Source: Candidatus Limnocylindria bacterium (GTDB lineage: Bacteria; Chloroflexota; Limnocylindria; QHBO01). Taken from it: DNA of 64,000 nucleotides. A program made the position numbers and the translations under genes. The notes under the pieces were generated by a model. The model was not told where the DNA came from. It worked only from the letters and a program-made list of their open reading frames with translations, and did not search any database. The DNA lies in the NCBI GenBank assembly GCA_038328565.1, contig JBBQMC010000001.1, forward strand, positions 4,237 through 68,236, written 5' to 3'. Positions 11,138 through 23,854 of the stretch are shown here, one piece after another. Within the stretch, counting starts at the first letter, position 1; each line of letters starts with the position of its first letter.

Positions 11138-13648
11138 ATGGAGATGGAACGCAGCAACGTCCGGCCGGTGTGGATCGAGGACGAGATGCGCACGGCGTAC
11201 ATCGACTACGCCATGAGCGTCATCGTCAGCCGCGCCCTGCCGGACGTGCGCGACGGCCTGAAGCCGGTGCATCGGCGGATCCTCTACACGATGCACGAGA
11301 TGGGACTGCGCTCCACGTCGTCGTATCGGAAGTGCGCCGGCGTCGTCGGCGAGGCGATGGCGAAGTACCACCCGCACGGCGACCTGGCGCTGTACGACAC
11401 GCTCGTCCGGATGGCGCAGGACTTCAGCCTCCGTTACCCGCTCGTGGACGGGCAGGGGAACTTCGGCTCCGTCGACGGTGATCCGCCGGCCGCGATGCGC
11501 TACACCGAGGCGCGGATGTCCTCGATCACCGACGAGGTGCTCGCCGACATCGAGAAGGAGACGGTCGACTTCGTCGACAACTACGACGGTCGCCTCCGGC
11601 AGCCGACCGTGCTCCCCTCCCGCCTGCCGAACCTCCTCGTCAACGGCTCGAGCGGCATCGCGGTCGGCATGGCCACGAACATACCGCCGCACAACCTGGT
11701 CGAGGTGTGCGACGCGATCACGCGGCTCATCGACAACCCGGAGATGACCGTCGACGAGCTGTGCGAGATCGTCACCGGCCCCGACTTCCCGACCGGCGGC
11801 ACGATCTTCCGCTTCGAGGACCAGCGCAACCAGCTCACCGGCGAGAAGGAGCGGGTCGATGCGATCCGCCACATGTACGCCACGGGGCGCGGCCGGATCA
11901 TCATGCGCGGCCAGGTCGCCTTCGAGGAAACGGCCGCCGGGCGCATGGCGGTCGTGATCACCGAGCTGCCGTACCAGGTCAACAAGACGACGCTCATCGA
12001 GAAGATGGCCGACCTCGTCGGGGCGAAGCGAATCACCGACGTGAGCGACATTCGCGACGAAAGCGACAGGGACGGGATGCGGATCGTCGTCGACGTCAAG
12101 CGCGACGGCTCGCCCCACACCGTCATGCAGCAGCTCTTCAAGCACACCCAGCTCCAGACGAGCTTCAGCGCCAACATGCTTGCCCTCGTCGACGGGCAGC
12201 CGGTCACGCTCGGGCTCAAGCGCATGCTCGAGCACTACATCGGCTTCCGGCGCGAGGTCGTCCGCCGGCGGAGCGAGTTCGACCTTGCGCGGGCACAGGA
12301 GCGCGCCCACATCCTCGAGGGCCTGAAGATCGCGCTCGACAACCTCGACCGCGTGATCGCCACGATTCGCGCCTCGGCCGACACCGATGCCGCGCGCACC
12401 GCCCTCATGAGCGGCTTCAACCTCTCGGAGGCGCAGGCCAACGCGATCCTCGAGATGCAGCTGCGCCGGCTGGCCGCGCTCGAGCGGAAGAAGATCGAGG
12501 ATGAATATCGGGCCGTCATCCAGCTCATCGCCGCGCTCGAGGACCTGCTCGCGAATCCGCGCAAGGTGCTCGCCGTCATCCAGGGCGAGCTCGCGGACCT
12601 GCGAAAGAAGTACGGCGACGACCGCAAGACACGGATTCACGCCGATGCGAACCGCGAGCTGACCGAAGAGGACCTCGTCGCTCGCGAGGACGTCGTCGTC
12701 ACCCTCAGCCAGCGCGGCTACATCAAGCGCCAGGCGATCGGCACCTTCCGCAGCCAGCGCCGCGGCGGCCGGGGCAAGCTGGCGATGATCACCCGCGAGG
12801 AGGACGCCGTGCGGCACCTCCTGGTCGCCAACACCCACGACTCGATCCTGTTCTTCACCAACCGCGGGCGTGTCTTCATCACGCGCGTCTATGCCCTCCC
12901 GGAGGCCAGCCGCCAGGCGAAGGGCCTGCCGATCATCAACCTGCCGGGCGTGCAGGTCGAGTCCGGGGAGTACGTGAGCGCGATCATCGCGCTGCCGCAG
13001 TTCGAGCCCGACCACTACCTCGTGATGGCCACCCGGCGCGGCATGATCAAGAAGACGTCGCTCGCCGACTACGGACGCATCCGCGCCAACGGGCTGATCG
13101 CCATCCATCTCGTCGACGGCGACGAGCTCCAGTGGGTCGGCCTGTCGGACGGCCACAGCGACATCATCATCGCCACGAAGAATGGCCAGGCGGCCCGCTT
13201 CCACGAGACCGAGGTGCGACCGATGGGCCGCGACACGCGCGGCGTGACCGGCATCCGCCTGAAGAAGGACGACGAGGTGGTGGGGATGGAGGTCATCCTC
13301 GACACGAACAACGAGCTCCTCGTCGTCACCGAGCAAGGCTACGGGAAGCGGACCGAGGTGCGGGACTTCCCCGTCAAGCATCGGGCCACCGGGGGCGTGA
13401 TCGCGAACTCGCTCAACGCCGATACCGGCGACGTGGCGGCGATCCGCCTCGTTGGACGCGATGACGAGGAGATGATGCTCATCACCGAGGACGGCACGAT
13501 CCTGCGGACCGAGGTCTCATCGGTCAATCGCTACCGCCGCGCCAGCCGCGGCGTGACGGTCATGAAGCCGCAGCCGGAAGACCGGATCGTGAGCATCACC
13601 GTCTTCGTCGACGATCGCGAGCCTGAGGAGACCGTCGAGGTCGAGTAG
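11138..13648 (+). CDS. gyrA: DNA gyrase subunit A
   Basis: 836 aa with IEDEMRTAYIDYAMSVIVSRALPDVRDGLKPVHRRILY, AMRYTEARM (catalytic Tyr region) and C-terminal beta-pinwheel repeats. Confidence 0.97.
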   Translation: MEMERSNVRPVWIEDEMRTAYIDYAMSVIVSRALPDVRDGLKPVHRRILYTMHEMGLRSTSSYRKCAGVVGEAMAKYHPHGDLALYDTLVRMAQDFSLRYPLVDGQGNFGSVDGDPPAAMRYTEARMSSITDEVLADIEKETVDFVDNYDGRLRQPTVLPSRLPNLLVNGSSGIAVGMATNIPPHNLVEVCDAITRLIDNPEMTVDELCEIVTGPDFPTGGTIFRFEDQRNQLTGEKERVDAIRHMYATGRGRIIMRGQVAFEETAAGRMAVVITELPYQVNKTTLIEKMADLVGAKRITDVSDIRDESDRDGMRIVVDVKRDGSPHTVMQQLFKHTQLQTSFSANMLALVDGQPVTLGLKRMLEHYIGFRREVVRRRSEFDLARAQERAHILEGLKIALDNLDRVIATIRASADTDAARTALMSGFNLSEAQANAILEMQLRRLAALERKKIEDEYRAVIQLIAALEDLLANPRKVLAVIQGELADLRKKYGDDRKTRIHADANRELTEEDLVAREDVVVTLSQRGYIKRQAIGTFRSQRRGGRGKLAMITREEDAVRHLLVANTHDSILFFTNRGRVFITRVYALPEASRQAKGLPIINLPGVQVESGEYVSAIIALPQFEPDHYLVMATRRGMIKKTSLADYGRIRANGLIAIHLVDGDELQWVGLSDGHSDIIIATKNGQAARFHETEVRPMGRDTRGVTGIRLKKDDEVVGMEVILDTNNELLVVTEQGYGKRTEVRDFPVKHRATGGVIANSLNADTGDVAAIRLVGRDDEEMMLITEDGTILRTEVSSVNRYRRASRGVTVMKPQPEDRIVSITVFVDDREPEETVEVE

Positions 13649-13924
13649 CAAGGCCGACGGAGCGTCGACGACGAAGCGACATCCAGGGCCACATCTTGGA
13701 GAACGGACGCGGGTTCATCGGGGGGATCGAGGATCTTGGTACCGCAGATCCTGCCTGGACCTCGACGCAGACCTTCGATGAACTCGTGGGCAGCCTCGTG
13801 AGCGCGCCTGCGGAATAGTCCGCCGACCTCGTCCACTCGAGGATCGCGGGCACGTCTTCCACGTGCGCGGCCCGCCGCCTCACGTAGAATCGGTGACGCC
13901 ACCACCGCCAACCGGGAGTCCCTG

Positions 13925-15004
13925 GTGTACGCCGACGAGTTCAGCATCTACACCGGCAACGCGAACCGCGCGCTGGCGCGGCGCATCTGCGCCTATCTCC
14001 ACACCCCGATGGGCGACGTGGAGGTCTTCCAGTTCAGCAACGAGAACACGTTCGTGCGCGTGCTCGAGAACGTGCGCGAGCAGGACGTCTTCCTCGTCCA
14101 GCCGACCAGCCGACCCGTGAACGACTCGATCATGGAGCTGCTGATCATGATCGATGCCTTCAAGCGCGCCTCGGCGGGCCGCATCACGGCGGTCATCCCG
14201 TACTACGCGTACGGCCGCTCCGACAAGAAGGACCAGCCGCGCGTTCCGATCACGGCACGCCTCATCGCCGACATGCTCACGGTCGCCGGCGCGGACCGCG
14301 TCCTGACCATGGACCTCCACCAGGGCCAGATCCAGGGCTTCTTCAGCATCCCGGTCGACGAGCTGACGGCGGTGAACCTGCTGGCCGGCTACATCAAGGG
14401 CAAGGGCCTGTCCGACATCGTCGTCGTCAGCGAGCTCGGCTTCGCGAAGAAGGCGCGCAACTTCGCCGAGCTGCTCTCGGCGCCGCTGGCGATCGTCGAG
14501 AAGCGGCGCATCGGCAACCAGGACAAGACCGAGCTGATGAACATCATCGGCGAGGTGAGCGGCAAGACCGCGGTCATCATCGACGACGAGATCGATACCG
14601 CCGGCTCGCTGATGGAGGCGGTCGGCGCGCTCCAGGCGGAGGGCGCGACGGCGATCTACTCCCTCGCCACGCACGGCGTCTTCAGCGGCGCCGCGCTGGA
14701 GCGGATCAATGACAGCGCGATCACCGAGGTGGTGGTGACCGACACGATCCCGCTCCAGGCGGGCGTCGACGACGGCAAGGTCACGATCCTGTCGGTGGCA
14801 CCGCTCTTCGGCGAGGCGATCCGCCGCATCCACCGTGGCGAGAGCGTCGGTGCGCTCTTCTCGTCCGAGGTCGACATGGTCGAAGAGATGACGTTCTGGT
14901 CGGAGGATGCCGAGTCGGACGACGCTCCGGGACCGGATGACGGCCCCGAGGCCGATGACGCGCCTGACGGCGAGCGGGAGCCCTTTCGAGTAGGGACGGG
15001 CTGA
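13925..15004 (+). CDS. prs: Ribose-phosphate pyrophosphokinase with acidic C-terminal extension
   Basis: 359 aa with AVIPYYAYGRSDKKDQPR, DLHQGQIQGFF and the PRPP loop VIIDDEIDTAGSL. GTG start. The last ~45 aa are Asp/Glu/Pro-rich and non-canonical. Confidence 0.93.
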   Translation: MYADEFSIYTGNANRALARRICAYLHTPMGDVEVFQFSNENTFVRVLENVREQDVFLVQPTSRPVNDSIMELLIMIDAFKRASAGRITAVIPYYAYGRSDKKDQPRVPITARLIADMLTVAGADRVLTMDLHQGQIQGFFSIPVDELTAVNLLAGYIKGKGLSDIVVVSELGFAKKARNFAELLSAPLAIVEKRRIGNQDKTELMNIIGEVSGKTAVIIDDEIDTAGSLMEAVGALQAEGATAIYSLATHGVFSGAALERINDSAITEVVVTDTIPLQAGVDDGKVTILSVAPLFGEAIRRIHRGESVGALFSSEVDMVEEMTFWSEDAESDDAPGPDDGPEADDAPDGEREPFRVGTG

Positions 15005-15013
15005 GCGCCGCGC

Positions 15014-15964
15014 ATGGTCGACATCAAGCTCGGCGTCCTGCTCTGGAGCCAGGCGAGCGATTGGGCGTCGTTCGAGCGCGCCGCGCGGCGGGTCGACGAC
15101 CTCGGCTACGACTCGCTCTGGACCTGGGACCACGTCTACGCCATCTTCGGCGATCCCTACCAGCCGATCTTCGAGGGCTGGACCACGCTCGCGGCGTGGG
15201 CGAAGGTCACGCGGCGCGTTCGGCTCGGCCTGCTCGTGGGCGCGAACACGTTCCGAAACCCCGGCCTGGTGGCGAAGCAGGCGGCCACGCTCGACCACCT
15301 GAGTGACGGGCGCGCGATCCTCGGCATCGGCGGCGCGTGGTTCGAGCTCGAGCACACGGCGCACGGGATCGAGTTCGGGCGTGGGTTCGGCGAGCGCCTC
15401 GACTGGCTCGAGGAGTCGGTCGCGGCCATGCGCGCCGTCCTCGACGGCGCATCGGTCACCTCACAGCCCGGCGGGCGCTACGCCTTCGACGACCTCCGGC
15501 ACCACCCACTGCCGCTCCAGGCGCGGCTGCCGATCATGATCGGTGGCTCCGGCGAGCGGAAGACGCTGCGCACCGTCGCCCGCCATGCCGACATGTGGAA
15601 CGCGATGGGCAGCGTCGAGAAGCTGCGCCACAAGGACGAGGTGCTGCGCCGCCACTGCGAGGAGGTCGGCCGCGACAGCGGCGAGATCGAGCGCACGGTG
15701 GGCTGCAAGCCCATCATCCGCGATACCCACGAGGCCGCACAGCGTGCGTGGGGGGAGCAGATGGCGCTGAACCGGACGCCGATGGACGACGTTCGCGACG
15801 ACGACACGTTCTGGGTCGGGGCGCCGGATGAGATCGCGGAGCGCATGGTCGCCTGCCGCGACATCGGCTTCTCGACCTTCCTGGCCGAGATCCCGGCGCC
15901 CTACGACCCGGAGACGCTCGAGCGCTGGATCGGCGAGGTCAAGCCGATGGTGGAGCACGCCTGA
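15014..15964 (+). CDS. LLM-class (luciferase-like) F420-dependent oxidoreductase
   Basis: 316 aa with [49 protein letters not shown] and [14 protein letters not shown], typical of the TIGR03560-like LLM family. Confidence 0.85.
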   Translation: MVDIKLGVLLWSQASDWASFERAARRVDDLGYDSLWTWDHVYAIFGDPYQPIFEGWTTLAAWAKVTRRVRLGLLVGANTFRNPGLVAKQAATLDHLSDGRAILGIGGAWFELEHTAHGIEFGRGFGERLDWLEESVAAMRAVLDGASVTSQPGGRYAFDDLRHHPLPLQARLPIMIGGSGERKTLRTVARHADMWNAMGSVEKLRHKDEVLRRHCEEVGRDSGEIERTVGCKPIIRDTHEAAQRAWGEQMALNRTPMDDVRDDDTFWVGAPDEIAERMVACRDIGFSTFLAEIPAPYDPETLERWIGEVKPMVEHA

Positions 15965-16019
15965 GCCGAGAGGCCCGAACTCCCAGATCGGTATCCGGCC
16001 CCTATACTCGACCTCCCAG

Positions 16020-18881
<2,862 letters not shown>

Positions 18882-19038
18882 TCGGTCCCGGACGGGCCTC
18901 CATGCGCCCTTGCTTGGACTAAGTACAGCTTTCCAGGAGATTGGGGGTTGGCGAGATCGGCGAGGAGCGCTAGCATGGTCCGATCACGCGAAGCGCGGCC
19001 ACGATGAGCACCGCTTCCCATAGAGCGAGGAGGGTTGA

Positions 19039-19332
19039 GTGAAGCAGCTGACGGCCCCCAGCCGAACACCGGCGGAGATTCCCGCCTCGAATGCAGCCTC
19101 ACTCCCACTCGTCACCCGATTTCGCGACCCCGAGCAACCCTACGAGGACCTCATCGTCTGCGAGCGCGACTGCGTGCGGTGCAGCTACGCGGCGACCCTC
19201 GACTGCGACGGCAACTGCGGCTCGTGCCCGCGCCAGAGCTACTGCCCCTGCGTGAACCCGGCGAAGCTGCGCGCCAAGACGCTGCGGCTCGGGGAGCTCG
19301 AGCTGCCGATGGTGAACGTTGGACGCGGTTAA
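19039..19332 (+). CDS. Hypothetical Cys-rich small protein (97 aa)
   Basis: GTG 19039 is preceded by GAGGAGGG (19027-19034). GC3 is high and codon usage looks genome-like. Contains 8 Cys, including two CxxxCxxC units (CERDCVRC, CDGNCGSC) and CPC. The 3' end overlaps the prfB TTG start by 14 nt. Confidence 0.5.
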   Translation: MKQLTAPSRTPAEIPASNAASLPLVTRFRDPEQPYEDLIVCERDCVRCSYAATLDCDGNCGSCPRQSYCPCVNPAKLRAKTLRLGELELPMVNVGRG

Positions 19333-20444
19333 GGACGAGGCGGAGCGGCTCGCGCGCCTGATCGCCGACACGTCGGTGCGCCTTTGACCTCGTCGCGAAG
19401 GAGCGCGAGCTCGAGGCGCTGACGCGCGAGAGCTCGGACCCCGCCCTCTGGGACGACCCTGCGGCCGCGCAGGTCATCATGCGGCGCGCCGAGGAGCTGC
19501 GAACCGAGATCGCCACCTGGCGTGACCTCGCCGCGCGCGCCGACGCGCTGGCCGAGATGGCGGAGCTCGCCGCCGTGGACGCGGAGGACACCGCCGCGAT
19601 GCTGCCGGACCTCGAGCGCGACCTCGTTGCGCTCCAGGCCGACTGGAAGCGGATGGAGGGCCAGCTCCTCCTCTCCGAGCCGTTCGACGAGCGCGCCGCC
19701 ATCGTGGCCGTGCATGCCGGCGCCGGCGGGACCGAGTCGCAGGACTGGGCGGAGATGCTGCTGCGCATGTACCTGCGCTGGGCGGAGCGCAGCCGCTACA
19801 AGACCGAGATCCTCGAGGCGACCGAGGGCGAGGAGGCGGGCCTGAAGTCGGTCACGTTCCAGATCGGCGGGCGCTGGGCGTACGGGCGCATGAAATCGGA
19901 GCGTGGCGTCCATCGGCTGGTGCGCATCAGCCCGTTCGACTCCCAGAACCGTCGCCACACGAGCTTCGCGCTCGTCGAGGTGATGCCCGAGGTCCCGGAA
20001 GACGCCGCGATCGAGATCGACGAGAAGGACCTGCGCATCGACACCTATCGGTCCAGCGGTGCCGGAGGCCAGCACGTCAACAAGACCGATTCGGCCGTCC
20101 GGATCACCCACCTGCCGACGAAGATCGTGGTGGCGGTGCAGAACGAGCGGAGCCAGCACCAGAACCGCGAGAAGGCCATGGCGGTGCTCCGCGCGAAGCT
20201 CATCGAGCGCCAGGAGGAGGAGCGCGAGGCGGAGATGCTGCGGCTGCGCGGGCAGCACGTGGAGGCCGGTTGGGGGAACCAGATCCGCAGCTACGTCCTC
20301 CAGCCGTACACGATGGTGAAGGACCTGCGCACCGGGGTCGAGACCGCGAACCCGACGGCCGTGCTCGACGGCGATCTCGACGCCTTCATCGACGGCTACC
20401 TGCGCTCGCGCATCGGCGAGGAGCACGCCGAGCCTGCCTCCTGA
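19319..20444 (+). CDS. prfB: Peptide chain release factor 2, translated via programmed +1 frameshift (19319..19384 joined to 19386..20444)
   Basis: TTG 19319 gives MDAVKDEAERLARLIADTSVRL, then CTT TGA C at 19382-19388. The +1 frame continues DLVAKERELEALTRESSDPALWDDP and includes SPF (ISPFDSQ) and GGQ (SSGAGGQHVNKT). The track shows only the downstream 321-aa part. Confidence 0.93.
19382..19388 (+). promoter_or_regulatory. RF2 autoregulatory +1 frameshift site CTT TGA C
   Basis: Exact match to the canonical CUU UGA C slippery/stop context. GGTG (complementary to the anti-SD) lies 3 nt upstream of CTT. Confidence 0.85.
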
Positions 20445-20494
20445 CCGATGCCGGCGCCACCGGGCGCCGATGCTAGGATGAGCCGGCACGACCG

Positions 20495-21229
20495 ATGACT
20501 TCCCTCCTGCGCCGCTCGGCGCGTCCCGCTGCGACCGGCCCGGTCATCAGCATGGTCGACGCCGGCCTCACCTACCCGAACGGCAAGGTGGCGCTCGCTG
20601 ACGTCAACGTCACGATCCCCGCCGGCGACTTCGTCTTCCTCGTCGGGCCGTCGGGGGCCGGCAAGAGCACGTTCATCCGGCTCCTGATCCGCGAGCTCGC
20701 GGCGAGCCATGGCCGCGTCCAGGTCGCCGGACGCGATCTCGGTCGCATGCGACGCGGGCAGGTACCCAAGCTGCGGCGCCGGATCGGCATCGTGTTCCAG
20801 GACTTCCGGCTGCTGCCGAACAAGACGGTCGCGGAGAACGTCGGCTTCGCGCTCGAGGTGACCGGCACGCCGCCATCGGCCATTCGGCAGCGGGTGCCGC
20901 AGCTCCTCAGCCTGGTGGGGCTGCAGGACCACGCGAACCATCTCCCCACCCAGCTCTCTGGCGGAGAGCAGCAGCGGACCGCCATCGCGCGTGCCCTCGT
21001 GCACGACCCGGCGATCCTCATCGCCGACGAGCCCACCGGCAACCTCGACCCCGTGACGAGCTGGGAGATCATCCAGCTCCTGATCCAGATCAACGAGCTC
21101 GGCACGACGGTGCTCATGGCGACCCACAACCAGGAGATCGTCAACGCCATGCGCCGGCGCGTGCTGGCGCTGGAGGGCGGCTCGCTCGTGCGCGACGAGT
21201 CCGGCGCCGCCTATGAGCGCGAGTACTGA
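20495..21229 (+). CDS. ftsE: Cell division ATP-binding protein FtsE
   Basis: 244 aa with GPSGAGKSTF, LSGGEQQRTAIARAL and ILIADEPTGNLD, followed by ftsX. The start could be the internal ATG (MVDAGLTY). Confidence 0.92.
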   Translation: MTSLLRRSARPAATGPVISMVDAGLTYPNGKVALADVNVTIPAGDFVFLVGPSGAGKSTFIRLLIRELAASHGRVQVAGRDLGRMRRGQVPKLRRRIGIVFQDFRLLPNKTVAENVGFALEVTGTPPSAIRQRVPQLLSLVGLQDHANHLPTQLSGGEQQRTAIARALVHDPAILIADEPTGNLDPVTSWEIIQLLIQINELGTTVLMATHNQEIVNAMRRRVLALEGGSLVRDESGAAYEREY

Positions 21230-21232
21230 CCG

Positions 21233-22138
21233 ATGCGTCACCTGGCCGGCTTCCTGCGCTTCTGCGGCTTCTCGGTGGTGCGCGCCTGGCAGGGCTTCTG
21301 GCGCAACGCGATGATGAGCCTCGCGGCGACCGCCACCGTCATCCTCATGCTCGTCCTGCTCTCCGGGCTGTTCATCGTCCTGACCGGGCTCAACTCGGGG
21401 ATCGACTTCATCGAGCGCAAGGTCGGCGTGACCGCCGAGCTCGTCGACAACCTGCCGGTCGCGGACCGCGACGCGCTCGTCACGATGGCGCGCGACCTGC
21501 CCGGCGTGACGGCGGTCGACTACATCTCCCCCGAGGCCGCGATGGCACGCCTGAAGGCCGCATTCGAGGAGCGCGGTCAGACGCTCGACCTCGCCGGCTC
21601 GAACGTCCAGCTCCAGGCGACGCTCGAGATCACGCTGCGCGACCCGACGCAGGCAGGGCCGGTGAGCCTTGCCCTCGCCGACGCGCAGGGCGTGCGGAAG
21701 GTGATCACGAAGCAGGAGGAGATCGACACCCTGCTCGGCGTCATCAACGCCATCCGCACGGTCGGCCTGGTGGCGATCGGCCTCATCGGCCTGACGGTGC
21801 TGTTCATGATCGTGAACACGATCCGGATCGCGGTCTACAGCCGCGCGGGCGAGATCGAGATCATGCGGCTCGTCGGGGCGTCGGACTCGTTCATCCGCTG
21901 GCCGTTCATCCTCGAAGGCATCCTGTGCGGCCTCATCGGCGCGGTCGTGGCCGTGATCCTCGTCAGCATCGTGTGGGACCCGATCCAGCCGATCCTGGTC
22001 AGCGTGTTCCAGATGCCGACCACGGTGAGCGCCCGGAACCTCGCCTCGTTGTCGGCGCTCCTCTTCGCGGTCGGGGTGGGGATCGGGGCGGTCGGCTCGT
22101 GGATCAGCGTGCGGTCGTACCTCGCGGCCGCGGCCTGA
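21233..22138 (+). CDS. ftsX: Cell division permease-like protein FtsX
   Basis: 301 aa with TM1, an extracytoplasmic domain and three C-terminal TMs (EIEIMRLVGASDSFIRWPF motif). Lies 3 nt after ftsE. Confidence 0.9.
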   Translation: MRHLAGFLRFCGFSVVRAWQGFWRNAMMSLAATATVILMLVLLSGLFIVLTGLNSGIDFIERKVGVTAELVDNLPVADRDALVTMARDLPGVTAVDYISPEAAMARLKAAFEERGQTLDLAGSNVQLQATLEITLRDPTQAGPVSLALADAQGVRKVITKQEEIDTLLGVINAIRTVGLVAIGLIGLTVLFMIVNTIRIAVYSRAGEIEIMRLVGASDSFIRWPFILEGILCGLIGAVVAVILVSIVWDPIQPILVSVFQMPTTVSARNLASLSALLFAVGVGIGAVGSWISVRSYLAAAA

Positions 22139-22221
22139 TCTGCGGGCGCCCGCATTGCGGAAGCCACATGGAGCCGTAACCGGGCGCGAATGGATCCGGT
22201 GCTACACTCCGGCGACTCCCC

Positions 22222-23655
22222 ATGACTGATCGTGCCCCGGGCGCCACGCCGCTGCCGCCCGATCCTGATCCCACCGCCCCTCGCCCCGAGCCGGAATCGC
22301 GCCTGCCCGCGTCTGGCGCGCCGCCACGCCCGATGCCGTCCGCCGCGGCGTGGCTCGTCAGCCTGGTGCTCGCCGCCGTCGTGGGCGCGCTCCTCTTCAG
22401 CGCCGGCTACCTGGTGCGTGGCGGTTCGGCCGGTGGCACCGGATCGTGCAACGCGCCGAGCCAGGCCTTCGCGGCCCTCTGCGAGGCGTACGACAAGCTG
22501 AAGACCGAGTACGTCGACACGCTCGACGACGCGAAGCTCGCCGCGGGCGCCATCCAGGGCATGTTCCAGTACGGCGTCGCCGACCCCTTCAGCGGCTACA
22601 TGCCGCCCGAGCAGTACCAGCAGGCGCTCGGCGACCTGTCCGGCAAGTTCACCGGCATCGGGGCGGAGATGGCGATGAAGAACCTCGCCGAGCCGGCCAA
22701 CCTCGCGGCCTGCACAGAGCTGTCCGACAACTGCGTCTTGGTGGTGGTGGCGCCGATCGCCGGCTCGCCGGCAGAGGCCGCCGGGCTGCGAGCGGGCGAC
22801 CTCGTGATCGCCGTCGACGGCGCGACCGTCAACGGCACCCAGATGCAGGACCAGATCACGAAGGTGCGCGGTCCGGCCGGCTCGAAGGTGACGCTCACTG
22901 TCAAGCGCGACGCGCAGACATTCGACCTCGCCATCACGCGCGCCGAGATCACGACCCGCGAGGTCACGACGAAGTTGATCGACGACCACATCGGCTACAT
23001 CGCGCTTCACGGCTTCAGCTCCTCGGCGGCGGACCAGTTCCACGACGGGCTGACGAAGGTGCTTGCCGACGGCGCCGACAAGATCGTCTTCGACCTTCGC
23101 GACAACCCCGGCGGCTACATCGAGGCGGCGCGGAAGATCGCGAGCGAGTTCGTGGCGTCCGGCCTCATCTTCAGCCAGGAGTCGTCCGGCGACCAGGTGA
23201 CACGCTGGGAGGCGACCGGGGGCGGCGCCGCGACGAGCGCCGGCATCCCCGTCGTCGTGCTCACGAACGAGGGGAGCGCCTCCGCCTCCGAGATCGTGGC
23301 CGCGGCGTTGAAGGAGACGGGGCGCGCGACGATCATCGGCCAGCACACCTTCGGCAAGAACACGGTGCAGGTCTGGGTGCCGCTCGAGAACAACGGCGGC
23401 GTGCGGATCACGATCAGCCGCTGGTTCTCGCCGAAGCACAACAGCGTCCATCCCGATGGCGTGCAGCCGGATATCGCCGTCGACGTGCCGGCAGGGACGC
23501 CGCCGGAGCAGGACCTCTATCTCGAGCGGGCGGTCCAGTTCCTCGCCACCGCCGGTGTCGGGCAGCCCCACCCATCCGCGTCGCCGGCGGCCGTCGTGCC
23601 GTCGAGCCGCGCCACCTCGTACGACGCGTCCGGGCTGAACCTCATCCACGTCTGA
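22222..23655 (+). CDS. S41-family carboxy-terminal processing peptidase with PDZ domain
   Basis: 477 aa with an N-terminal TM, a PDZ segment (GSPAEAAGLRAGDLVIAVDG), DLRDNPGGY and GSASASEIVAAAL (catalytic Ser region). Confidence 0.88.
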   Translation: MTDRAPGATPLPPDPDPTAPRPEPESRLPASGAPPRPMPSAAAWLVSLVLAAVVGALLFSAGYLVRGGSAGGTGSCNAPSQAFAALCEAYDKLKTEYVDTLDDAKLAAGAIQGMFQYGVADPFSGYMPPEQYQQALGDLSGKFTGIGAEMAMKNLAEPANLAACTELSDNCVLVVVAPIAGSPAEAAGLRAGDLVIAVDGATVNGTQMQDQITKVRGPAGSKVTLTVKRDAQTFDLAITRAEITTREVTTKLIDDHIGYIALHGFSSSAADQFHDGLTKVLADGADKIVFDLRDNPGGYIEAARKIASEFVASGLIFSQESSGDQVTRWEATGGGAATSAGIPVVVLTNEGSASASEIVAAALKETGRATIIGQHTFGKNTVQVWVPLENNGGVRITISRWFSPKHNSVHPDGVQPDIAVDVPAGTPPEQDLYLERAVQFLATAGVGQPHPSASPAAVVPSSRATSYDASGLNLIHV

Positions 23656-23790
23656 GACAGGTCCTTGTGCGGCGCCGCGGGCGCGTGCTAGCATCGCGCC
23701 AACGAAAGGAGGTGGTGTGCAGGTGAGTAGTTCCACGCACGCCACCACCGAGGCGGTGCGATAGCCCACTTCGCGTGGTAGCGACGGAAC

Positions 23791-23819
23791 AGAGCCGGCC
23801 GAAACGGCCGGCTCTTTCC
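23791..23819 (+). terminator. Perfect 10-bp GC hairpin with short T tail between ctp and smpB
   Basis: AGAGCCGGCC-GAAAC-GGCCGGCTCT at 23791-23815, followed by TTCC. It could terminate the ftsEX-ctp transcript or the short RBS-containing transcript that starts near 23700. Confidence 0.45.
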
Positions 23820-23854
23820 ATGCCCGCCTCCCAGCCACCGCGGAGACCAGACCG

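Noticed and set aside
11051-13381. 776-aa minus-strand ORF
   Set aside because: Antisense to gyrA, with the same compositional signature. gyrA on the plus strand has unambiguous motifs.
13531-13947. ORFs (138 and 95 aa, minus) in the gyrA-prs spacer, and a possible 40-codon plus-strand frame ending at TAG ~13818
   Set aside because: No RBS, no motifs, and mixed codon bias. The plus frame has moderately high GC3 and could be a gene remnant, but it has no credible start. I also checked this spacer for a tRNA (mycobacteria have tRNAs after gyrA) and found no T-loop or acceptor structure.
23700-23790. Considered whether the structured RNA upstream of smpB is the SRP (4.5S) RNA or a known leader
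   Set aside because: It lacks the conserved SRP domain IV motif (GGAA...AGCA symmetric loop). There is no match by eye to any family I can recall, so I report it only as an unclassified element.
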